Shown: positions 9,382 to 17,002 of the stretch, in pieces | Layout: each line of letters begins with the position of its first letter | Numbering within the stretch: position 1 is the first letter of the stretch | Assembly (NCBI GenBank): GCA_964636545.1 | Contig: CAZWSR010000001.1 | Coordinates: 1-64,000, forward strand | From: Candidatus Undinarchaeota archaeon | Lineage (GTDB): Archaea > Undinarchaeota > Undinarchaeia > Undinarchaeales > UBA543 | Reading direction: 5' to 3' | Length of the DNA: 64,000 nucleotides | The notes under the pieces: generated by a model | What the model was told of the DNA's origin: nothing | The model's database searches: none | Seen by the model: the letters and a program-made list of their open reading frames with translations, nothing else | Made by a program: the position numbers and the translations under genes

Positions 9382-10281
9382 CTACAACACCCCCGGAAGC
9401 CACACAATAAGTTTTGAAAGGAAATACGCAGCAATAGTGCATATTGCAATTGGAGGTAATGCTGGAATAGCGCCTTTCTTGCATTTCAAAAGAATGAAAT
9501 AAACAGCAACGATTCCAAAGAACGATCCAAATAAAACAGAAATTCCTGAAAATAGTGATTGTCTAACTGCAGAAACTGCAAAAATTATTGGGAAGGCAAT
9601 GTCACCAGTTCCAAGCATCATGTATTTTCGAACTTTTCCTTTTCCAGGACCAATAAATGCATCATTCACATTTGCCTTGAAGTCCTTAAGATTACCAGGA
9701 ACCACTAAGGAAAGGGGAACGTGCCTTGAAAAAAGATTTTTGAAAAGCTTAACCATGTGCTTTGTTTTGAAAACTGCAATATAATCATAAACTGATAGCA
9801 AAACTAGTATTACAATAACTGCTTCAACTGGCAAAAGCAAACCAATACTTGCACCAATTCCAGCAACTGCCAAGGTCATTGAAAAATTCTGAAGAACAAT
9901 TGTGGGCCACAAAAATCTCAAGCCAACAAGAATAAGTGCAAGCGCGATTCCAAGCCACGCTGGCAAGAAAGTGCTGAACACCATTTCACTGCCTAGGAAA
10001 ATAAGTGCTGCCAACATAATCCTGAAAAGCCAACTACCTTTAACGAATTTTATAAGAACAATCAGAACAGTAGTTGCAATAAGAAACGCTATCAAGAAAC
10101 CAAAGATTGATTCCGAAACTGGAGCTGTAACAGCGAACTCAGGAAGCTTTAGATTAAGAAAACCAACAAGAATGCCAATCACTTGCGCAACCATAAACAT
10201 TCCAGAACCTAATGCGAACATACCTAAATTGAATTCTGTTCGCGGATTAAGACTTTTGGAGGAAACCTTGCTTTGGCTCAT
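9382..10281 (-). CDS. Presenilin-family GxGD intramembrane aspartyl protease
   Basis: SVYDYIAV, LGTGDIAFP, PALP motifs. Confidence 0.92.
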   Translation of the reverse strand: MSQSKVSSKSLNPRTEFNLGMFALGSGMFMVAQVIGILVGFLNLKLPEFAVTAPVSESIFGFLIAFLIATTVLIVLIKFVKGSWLFRIMLAALIFLGSEMVFSTFLPAWLGIALALILVGLRFLWPTIVLQNFSMTLAVAGIGASIGLLLPVEAVIVILVLLSVYDYIAVFKTKHMVKLFKNLFSRHVPLSLVVPGNLKDFKANVNDAFIGPGKGKVRKYMMLGTGDIAFPIIFAVSAVRQSLFSGISVLFGSFFGIVAVYFILLKCKKGAIPALPPIAICTIAAYFLSKLIVWLPGVL

Positions 10282-12277
10282 ATAAGTCACCTTTTTCTTT
10301 TAGTTTCTTTATAAGTTCTGCTGCCGCCCTCTCATCAATACCTCTTTCCTTTGCATTAATTAAAATGTCCTCAATTGGCACTGCTTTGCCAACATCTTCC
10401 ATAAGGTCATCAATAATCGATATCACTGTGTGGATTCGGCTCCTTTGAATAGAACTTGTTTCAGACGAAATTCTGTCAATATCAATTTTTCCAGTTTCTG
10501 GCTCTGTGCTAATTTCCCTAAGTGAATATTCAAGTAAGCGAATTGCGCGCTGTGCATCTTCTTCCCGAACTTTATCATCAAGACGTACTTTTGCACTAGC
10601 CTCTGCAATTCTAACAAGTGCTTCAAGCTGTCTTGGAGTCAAAGGCACGGTTGTGTCTCCAGTATCGCCAACATATTTTGATCGCCAGCTGACATAGAAA
10701 TTCTTGATAATTGACACAGCCTCTTTTGTAAGTTTTGGATTGACTTTTGTTTTTGCATAAGCAATGTATTTTTTCATAGTTTTCTCATCAACATCTGGCT
10801 TGATTCCTTTTGGATTACGAATTGTACCAAGCACGTGGTCAGATAACCGTTCGTCGCGCTCCTTTGAAGGAATATCTTGAATTGGAAACATTAAATCAAA
10901 ACGACTTAGGATAACTGGAGATAAATTGATCTGCTCAGCCAAAAGTTTGTACCGGTCAAATCTTCCGAATTTTGGATTTGCTGCAGCAAGAACAGAAGTA
11001 CTTGCCCGCAAAGTTGTTACAATTCCAGCTTTTGCAATTGAGATTGTACCTTGTTCCATTGCCTCAAGCATTGCACTTCTGTCATCAGAATCCATTTTGT
11101 CAAACTCATCAACAGATGCAATTCCATTATTTGCAAGAATTAAAGCTCCAGCCTCAAGCATCCATCCGCCAGAGAACTCGTCACGAACAACAGCCGCAGT
11201 CAAACCAACACCAGACGCCTTCTTTCCTGAAACAAATCGCCCTTTTGGTGCGATTCTAGAAACATACCAAAGTAACTGAGATTTTGCAACACCAGGATCT
11301 CCAACAAGGAATACGTGAATATTTCCTCTGAGTTTTGTACCATCCTCGTGGGTTTTATTAACACCACCAAATAACTGAAGCAAAATCGCTTCTTTAATCA
11401 TGTCATAACCAAAAATTGATGGTGCAATTGAAGATGTAAGTTTTGTAAAAATGTTCTTCTCCTTTGACAGTTTCTTGACTAACTTGACATCATCATCGGA
11501 AAGTTTAATTTCCTCATACTCTTTTTCAATTGTTTCAATATAATTAGCATCCATATACAAATCAAAACGATTTGTCTGGGTTCCCTGCCTGGTGATTATT
11601 GGAGATTTTCGCAAGGTCCCGTAAACCTTAACACGATTGCCAGGAGTTGCTTTTTTTCTTTCCAAAGGTGTAACAAGATCTTCAGTTAGATGAATATACA
11701 AGGAGGATGGTTGTTCTCCTCCAGTAATTTCTTCGGGTGGTTCTTGAATTCCAATTCTCTGAGCATTTACTAAATCAACGCGTTTGAGTGAGAATTTACC
11801 ACGCCTTCCACAAGTTGGATTATCGCAAGCATACGGCAACTGCATTGTTTTCCCATACTGCGGAACAATAATTTCTTTCTGGCAATCTGGACACTGAAAA
11901 ATCGCTCTTGTTGCTTCAGGTCTTACATCAGAAGCACTCTTTACAATACCATCAATTGAAATTAATTTGTCAATTTCTTCAGAACGTAGGTTTCTGATTG
12001 AAACTGCGCGTGATTTAGGTGTGTTAAAAACACGAACATTAATGTCGTATTCTCCTTCAACACCAAGATCTAAATCAGAAATAGCATCCTTTGCAATCTT
12101 TAGAGTTTCAGAAGGATCATTCAAAAGTGCATCTGCAAGTTCAGTATCAAACTTGTCAAGAATGGCATAATCAACAAGAACAGATTTTTTATCAGGATAT
12201 TCACGAGCTACGCTCAATAAATCATTATAATATGTTTTCCTGAAAAACTGGACGAATTTTTCAATTGAATCTTCCAT
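10247..12277 (-). CDS. mcm: Replicative helicase MCM
   Basis: Zn finger CPDC..C..C, GDPGVAKSQ, VDEFDKM, SRFD arginine finger, TPRQLE; no intein. Confidence 0.98.
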   Translation of the reverse strand: MEDSIEKFVQFFRKTYYNDLLSVAREYPDKKSVLVDYAILDKFDTELADALLNDPSETLKIAKDAISDLDLGVEGEYDINVRVFNTPKSRAVSIRNLRSEEIDKLISIDGIVKSASDVRPEATRAIFQCPDCQKEIIVPQYGKTMQLPYACDNPTCGRRGKFSLKRVDLVNAQRIGIQEPPEEITGGEQPSSLYIHLTEDLVTPLERKKATPGNRVKVYGTLRKSPIITRQGTQTNRFDLYMDANYIETIEKEYEEIKLSDDDVKLVKKLSKEKNIFTKLTSSIAPSIFGYDMIKEAILLQLFGGVNKTHEDGTKLRGNIHVFLVGDPGVAKSQLLWYVSRIAPKGRFVSGKKASGVGLTAAVVRDEFSGGWMLEAGALILANNGIASVDEFDKMDSDDRSAMLEAMEQGTISIAKAGIVTTLRASTSVLAAANPKFGRFDRYKLLAEQINLSPVILSRFDLMFPIQDIPSKERDERLSDHVLGTIRNPKGIKPDVDEKTMKKYIAYAKTKVNPKLTKEAVSIIKNFYVSWRSKYVGDTGDTTVPLTPRQLEALVRIAEASAKVRLDDKVREEDAQRAIRLLEYSLREISTEPETGKIDIDRISSETSSIQRSRIHTVISIIDDLMEDVGKAVPIEDILINAKERGIDERAAAELIKKLKEKGDLYEPKQGFLQKS

Positions 12278-12346
12278 AGTGTCACTCCATTGGTATTAAA
12301 CCACGTGATAGTTGGGGCTTATAATATTTCCCCAACTAGCGTAAGT

Positions 12347-13015
12347 TTATACTACTTTAATGCGCCTCAATTCAGCAATCATCTTCTGTACGCCGCGGTC
12401 AAGGTCAACCCGTTTCTTTGCTCCAGTGCACACGATCTTTCCAGATCTGAACAATAGGAATACAACTTTTGGATTTTCCACGCGGAATACAAGTCCAGGA
12501 AACTGCTCTGGCTCAAACTCAGCATTCTGTAATGCAAATGCAATTTTGTCAAGGTTTAGCTCAACACAAAGATCAGAACTTGCTACAATGTTCTGAATAG
12601 TTATGATTGGCGGACCTTGGATCTTGATTCCAGTACTGCGAATAAGTTTTATTGTCTTGTTAATTGCAATTTTGATGAACTTTGGTGCTTTTGCACCAGT
12701 ACATACCATTTTACCTGAACTGAATACAAGAATTGCAGATTTTGGATCTTCAAGTCTTAGTACAAGACCTGGAAATTGCTCTGGCTCATATTCTGCGCTT
12801 GGTAATGAAGCTGCCAGCCTGTCAAGATCTATTTCAGCATTTACAGAAATAGAAGCTACCACATTTTCTATTCGAATACGTGGCTTAAAACCTTGTACCA
12901 TTTTCTTAGCCTTTGGTTTTGCCGCAGACTTTGCCTTTGGTTTTGCCGCAGACTTTGCCTTTGGCTTGCTCACAGATTTTGCTTTAGTTTTAGTTGTTTT
13001 CTTTTTTAGTGCCAT
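12347..13015 (-). CDS. tbp: TATA-binding protein with Lys/Ala-rich N-terminal tail
   Basis: Two repeats of NVVAS..EYEPEQFPGLV.R..FSSGK.VCTGAK; SD-like GAGGTGG 5 nt before ATG 13015. Confidence 0.96.
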   Translation of the reverse strand: MALKKKTTKTKAKSVSKPKAKSAAKPKAKSAAKPKAKKMVQGFKPRIRIENVVASISVNAEIDLDRLAASLPSAEYEPEQFPGLVLRLEDPKSAILVFSSGKMVCTGAKAPKFIKIAINKTIKLIRSTGIKIQGPPIITIQNIVASSDLCVELNLDKIAFALQNAEFEPEQFPGLVFRVENPKVVFLLFRSGKIVCTGAKKRVDLDRGVQKMIAELRRIKVV

Positions 13016-13041
13016 TCTATCCCACCTCGATAATTATAAAA

Positions 13042-13055
13042 CCCTTTATAAAGGG
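13042..13055. promoter_or_regulatory. Palindromic TATA box upstream of tbp
   Basis: Perfect palindrome CCCTTTATAAAGGG about 30 nt from the tbp start; AAAACCCTTTATAAA recurs at 13071-13085. Confidence 0.65.
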
Positions 13056-13071
13056 ACTATTTACTTCAATA

Positions 13072-13325
13072 AAACCCTTTATAAACCCTCCGCAGACCCT
13101 GTTTTTCCGATGGAACAACTAATCAAGCGAGCGCACACTTGTCATTCTGGACAAAAATGTGCGCGAGCCAGCTCAAATAAACCGAACCAATTTCAAAACA
13201 GGGCTTCAACACGAAGTGTTGAACGCCCTCATACTATCCTCTCGAACCGAAGGTTTGAGACTTGTGCAGTAACCAACTTCAATGCCTGCACATTGTCCGC
13301 AGCAAGGCGGAGTTATAAAGGCTTT
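13072..13325. mobile_element. Composite hairpin-rich non-coding (MITE/REP-like) element
   Basis: Shares modules with 47351-47394 and 52846-52911; several C-GAA-G hairpins; imperfect inverted ends. Confidence 0.6.
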
Positions 13326-13349
13326 GGAAAGGGTTGGTTTCGGGTGGAA

Positions 13350-14603
13350 CTATGTTCCTGCACTATAATCAGTTGCATATTTCTTCTGCTCTTCAGAAAG
13401 CTCGTCAATAATAAAGCCCATTGTACTTAATTTCAGATCAGCGATTTCTTGGTCCTGCTCCTTTGCAATATCGTAAACCTTATTCTCCAAATCCTTACCT
13501 TTCTCAGCAATGAAGATCATTGTCTTGAATTGGTTAGCAAAACTCATATCCATAACCTCACTAGGGTGACCCTCAGCAGCAGCCAAATTGACTAACCGTC
13601 CTTTAGCAAGTACATAAATTCGTCTTCCATTTGGCATCTTGTACTCTTCATTATTTGGACGAATATCCCTTTTACTTTCTGAAAGTTCTTCTAATTCAGG
13701 AATATTTATTTCACAATCGTAATGTCCAGTATTACACACAATTGCTCCGTCTTTCATACCTTCAAAATGTCTTTTAACAATTATGTCCTTCATTCCAGTT
13801 GCAGTAATGAAAATATCACCAATCTTTGCAGCTTCATCCATTTTCATGACCCTGAAACCTTCAAGAGTTGCTTTCAGAGCTTGGATTGGATCAACTTCAG
13901 TTACAATAACATTAGCACCAAGACCTTTTGCGCGCATTGCACAGCCCTTTCCACAATGACCGTAACCAGCTACAACAAAGTTTTTTCCAGCAATTAGGAC
14001 AGAAGTTGCTCTGATAATACCATCAATAGAGCTCTGACCAGTTCCGTAAACATTGTCAAAATCCCATTTTGTTTCAGCATCATTCACTGCAATAACCGGG
14101 TAAAGCATTTTTCCATCATCAGCCATTGCTCTAAGTCTGTGAACACCAGTTGTGGTTTCTTCAGAACCACCAAGAATTTCTTTGGCTTGCTCTTGATGTT
14201 TGTTATGAACTGTAAAAATAAGGTCAGCTCCGTCATCAAGAGTAATTGTTGGTTTTGCAGCAATACACTGCTCAATACTCCAGTAAAAATCTTCAGTGTT
14301 CTGTCCATACCAAGCAAATACATCAACATTTTCTTCTTCAGCAAGAGCTGCAGCAACATCGTCCTGTGTACTCAAAGGATTGCACCCACTCCACACAATT
14401 TTAGCGCCAGCATCACGCAAGGTTTTTACAAGAACAGCAGTCTCCTTAGTAACATGAAGACAACCTGCAATTGTTTGCCCTGCTAGCGGTTTTGTCTCAG
14501 AATACTTTTTTCTGAGAGCCATCATGACAGGCATTCTTGATTCTGCCCAGTCAATTTTTAATTTTCCTTGCTCTGCAAGTTTTGGATCTGCTATTTTTGA
14601 CAT
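13350..14603 (-). CDS. ahcY: Adenosylhomocysteinase
   Basis: GCLHVT.ETAVL, CNPLSTQD, EETTTGV, FDNVYGTGQS, GRLVNL.AAEGHP. Confidence 0.97.
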   Translation of the reverse strand: MSKIADPKLAEQGKLKIDWAESRMPVMMALRKKYSETKPLAGQTIAGCLHVTKETAVLVKTLRDAGAKIVWSGCNPLSTQDDVAAALAEEENVDVFAWYGQNTEDFYWSIEQCIAAKPTITLDDGADLIFTVHNKHQEQAKEILGGSEETTTGVHRLRAMADDGKMLYPVIAVNDAETKWDFDNVYGTGQSSIDGIIRATSVLIAGKNFVVAGYGHCGKGCAMRAKGLGANVIVTEVDPIQALKATLEGFRVMKMDEAAKIGDIFITATGMKDIIVKRHFEGMKDGAIVCNTGHYDCEINIPELEELSESKRDIRPNNEEYKMPNGRRIYVLAKGRLVNLAAAEGHPSEVMDMSFANQFKTMIFIAEKGKDLENKVYDIAKEQDQEIADLKLSTMGFIIDELSEEQKKYATDYSAGT

Positions 14604-14693
14604 TCAAATCACTTAGGTTTAGGAACTTAAAGCAATATAAGTAGTTTATGATATCGGAAAGTGTTAAATATAAAGGAATGTACTATATTTATT

Positions 14694-15131
14694 ATGTTCT
14701 TTAAAAAAGCAAGAATAAGAAGCATGCAGAGAAAAAGAATGAAAGGAGCACTTCAAGACAGAGTTGATGATTTAAGTGGCGCAATAGACAAAGCAAGCAG
14801 TCATGCCAGAAGCATAGGAGATGCTTATGATATTTTTGGAAGTTTAACTATTGAGGGTAAGAACCCAGAATTTGATGAAGATGGCACAGAAGTGACACTT
14901 GAGAAGAATGACAGCTCTGTAGAGATGGAGATTGAAAGAGGAGACATAAAAGATCTGAAAATGGATGGAGATGATGTTAGATCAGTTGCAAAAGAAATAT
15001 TCACATTCCTGAATAATAGAATAAAACAAGAAGGTGAGGACCCTTATGCAGACATGAAAAAAACAGGAATATCGCCTCAGATGCCAATACCACGTGAATT
15101 AAGAGTTATTTTTGACAAAGGTAATAAATAA
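14694..15131 (+). CDS. Hypothetical protein
   Basis: Purine-rich ORF with upstream TATA; no recognisable motif. Confidence 0.6.
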   Translation: MFFKKARIRSMQRKRMKGALQDRVDDLSGAIDKASSHARSIGDAYDIFGSLTIEGKNPEFDEDGTEVTLEKNDSSVEMEIERGDIKDLKMDGDDVRSVAKEIFTFLNNRIKQEGEDPYADMKKTGISPQMPIPRELRVIFDKGNK

Positions 15132-15141
15132 ATAAATTAGT

Positions 15142-15672
15142 TTATTTCACATCCTCATTATCATAATGTTGCAGTGAAAGCAAATCATATTTTCCTAATT
15201 TCTCTCTACCTTTTAGGAAATCAAGTTCTACAATAAAACACATTCCAGCAACAATGCCGCCAACTTTTTCAACTAAATTCGCTGTTGCTTGAATTGTTCC
15301 ACCAGTTGCAAGAAGATCATCAACAAGTAAAACTTTCTGACCAGGTTTAATTGTATCCTTGTGCATTTCAATTTTGTCAGTACCGTATTCTAATTCATAT
15401 TCTTCAAAAACAATTTTGCTTGGCAGTTTGCCTGGTTTTCGAACAAGTGAGAGTGGTTTGTTAAGTGCAATAGCAAGAGCTCCGCCGAAAATGAAACCGC
15501 GTGACTCAACACCAACAATAACATCAATTTCCTTGTCCTTGTAATGATTAGCAAATGTGTCAATACAGTGCTTGAAAGCTTCTGGACTTTCAAGAATAGT
15601 TGTTATGTCATAGAACAAAATCCCTTCTTTTGGGAAATTTGGTATTTTTCTAATATGTGAGTCAATATCCAT
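15142..15672 (-). CDS. apt: Adenine phosphoribosyltransferase
   Basis: PNFPKEGILFYDIT, ESRGF, RKPGKLP, LEYG, VDDLLATGGT. Confidence 0.97.
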   Translation of the reverse strand: MDIDSHIRKIPNFPKEGILFYDITTILESPEAFKHCIDTFANHYKDKEIDVIVGVESRGFIFGGALAIALNKPLSLVRKPGKLPSKIVFEEYELEYGTDKIEMHKDTIKPGQKVLLVDDLLATGGTIQATANLVEKVGGIVAGMCFIVELDFLKGREKLGKYDLLSLQHYDNEDVK

Positions 15673-15718
15673 AAACTCTTTAAGGAGTGGATGTATTTAA
15701 TTTTAACTGGAGACTAGA

Positions 15719-16510
15719 ATGGCAAATGCAGAAATTGGAATTATAGGAGGCACTGGTGTCTATGATCCAGAGCTTTTGGAAAATGCTGAAGAAGTCAGTA
15801 TTGAAACCCCTTACGGCAAGCCGTCTGAGGTTGCTACTGTTGGAACTTATGCTGGTGTGAATGTTGCATTTATGCCTCGACATGGTGCAAAACACACAAT
15901 TCCACCACATAAAATAAATTTTAGAGCAAATATTCACGCCTTCAAGGAATTAGGTGTAAAATGGATTTTAGCACCACAAGCAGTTGGTTCTCTTCAAGAA
16001 GAATACAAACCAGGTGAGCTTGCTTTTCCAGATCAATTTATTGACAGAACTTGGGGACGACCTCAAACTTTTTATGAAGGTCCACAGGTTTGTCATATTT
16101 CAGTTGCTGAACCATTTTGCAAAGATTTGCGAACTCTTCTTGCTGAAAAAACCAAGGCACTTGGCTACGGAATGCATGAAAAAGGAACTTATGTTTGTAT
16201 TCAAGGACCACGATTTTCAACAAAAGCAGAATCTCAAATGTTTAGACAGTGGAATGGACATATTATTGGAATGACAGCTGTTCCAGAATGTGTTTTAGCT
16301 CGGGAAGCAGAAATTTGCTATTCTTCAGTTGCAATGATTACTGATTATGATGTTTGGAAAGATCATACTGTTACAAATGAAGAAGTTGTTAAATGCATGA
16401 AAGAAAATAACGGGAAAGTGAAAGCACTTTTGAAAGAAGCAATACCTGAAATTCCAAAACTTGCTCGCGAATGCGGGTGCGGGACAGCACTGAAAGGTGC
16501 GATGATGTAG
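15719..16510 (+). CDS. mtnP: 5'-methylthioadenosine phosphorylase
   Basis: IGIIGGTG, TPYGKPS, RHG..H.IPPH.INFRANI, GPRFST.AES, TDYD. Confidence 0.96.
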   Translation: MANAEIGIIGGTGVYDPELLENAEEVSIETPYGKPSEVATVGTYAGVNVAFMPRHGAKHTIPPHKINFRANIHAFKELGVKWILAPQAVGSLQEEYKPGELAFPDQFIDRTWGRPQTFYEGPQVCHISVAEPFCKDLRTLLAEKTKALGYGMHEKGTYVCIQGPRFSTKAESQMFRQWNGHIIGMTAVPECVLAREAEICYSSVAMITDYDVWKDHTVTNEEVVKCMKENNGKVKALLKEAIPEIPKLARECGCGTALKGAMM

Positions 16511-16711
16511 TTAGGCTCGTGTTGAGATTACTTCATCAGGCAAATACTTTTTAGCATTTAGAATTTCAATACCAAGAAGTTGGTTATTAGCTGAAAAATC
16601 AAGATTAATTTCCTGATTCATAGAAATTGTTCTTTTAACTTCTCCTGCGCCGATACTTTCTTTTAGATAAATATATGCAGCATTTGCTTCTTTGTCGTAG
16701 TTTAATTTCAT
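16511..16711 (-). CDS. DUF2283 family small protein
   Basis: YDKEANAAYIYL...INLDF....LLGIEILNA. Confidence 0.85.
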   Translation of the reverse strand: MKLNYDKEANAAYIYLKESIGAGEVKRTISMNQEINLDFSANNQLLGIEILNAKKYLPDEVISTRA

Positions 16712-16757
16712 AAAAATAAGATAGAAACAAGAGTTTATAATGTTTTAGTGGTCTTTT

Positions 16758-16848
16758 GCGCGGGGGCCGGGATTTGAACCCGGGAAAGTCTGTGAAAGAC
16801 TAACACAGTCTTCAGCTGTGCTTGTTAACCAAGCTCCAACACCCCCGC
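16758..16848 (-). tRNA. Atypical type II (long variable arm) tRNA with GAA anticodon
   Basis: GCGGGGG/CCCCCGC acceptor; TTG/CAA D stem; CACAG-CTGAAGA-CTGTG anticodon arm; AGTCT-TTCAC-AGACT V arm; CCGGG-TTCAAAT-CCCGG T arm; G73; no CCA. Confidence 0.85.
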
Positions 16849-16865
16849 AATTTTTATATACTACT

Positions 16866-16940
16866 CAGGCGTATGGTATACACCTGTGAAAGACCTACAC
16901 AGTTCTATACTGTGCTTGTGCCCAAGCTTCGGCACACCCA
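16866..16940 (-). ncRNA. tRNA-derived structured leader (partial paralogue of the adjacent tRNA)
   Basis: Shares AGCTTGG, ACAAGCACAG, ACTGTGT and GTCTTTCACAG with the tRNA; lacks T arm; three hairpins. Confidence 0.55.
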
Positions 16941-16964
16941 TTTTTATTTTGTGCCAGCGGAGAC

Positions 16965-16972
16965 TATATAAA
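16965..16972. promoter_or_regulatory. Bidirectional TATA box (mtaB and the tRNA transcript)
   Basis: TATATAAA on + lies about 30 nt before the mtaB ATG; TTTATATA on - lies about 25 nt before 16940. Confidence 0.5.
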
Positions 16973-17002
16973 TATTAATTAACTGGAGTGAGTTTATTGA
17001 GT

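Noticed and set aside
12603-13430. 275-aa plus-strand ORF and other long antisense ORFs (e.g. 58484-59080, 58614-59189, 54578-55012)
   Set aside because: They are shadows or alternative frames of well-supported genes and show no motifs.
14642-15145. TAGTTTAT direct repeat around the orphan at 14694-15131
   Set aside because: Only 8 bp of AT-rich sequence; compatible with the cassette model but not significant alone.
16784-16802. Variable-arm hairpin of the GAA tRNA as a non-canonical intron
   Set aside because: No bulge-helix-bulge is evident, and the D arm and acceptor are also type II/Leu-like, so removal would not yield a normal tRNA-Phe.
16898-16914. Plus-strand CACAG-TTCTATA-CTGTG as an amber-suppressor (CTA) anticodon arm
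   Set aside because: The homology to the tRNA is on the minus strand, there is no plus-strand cloverleaf, and position 37 is a pyrimidine.
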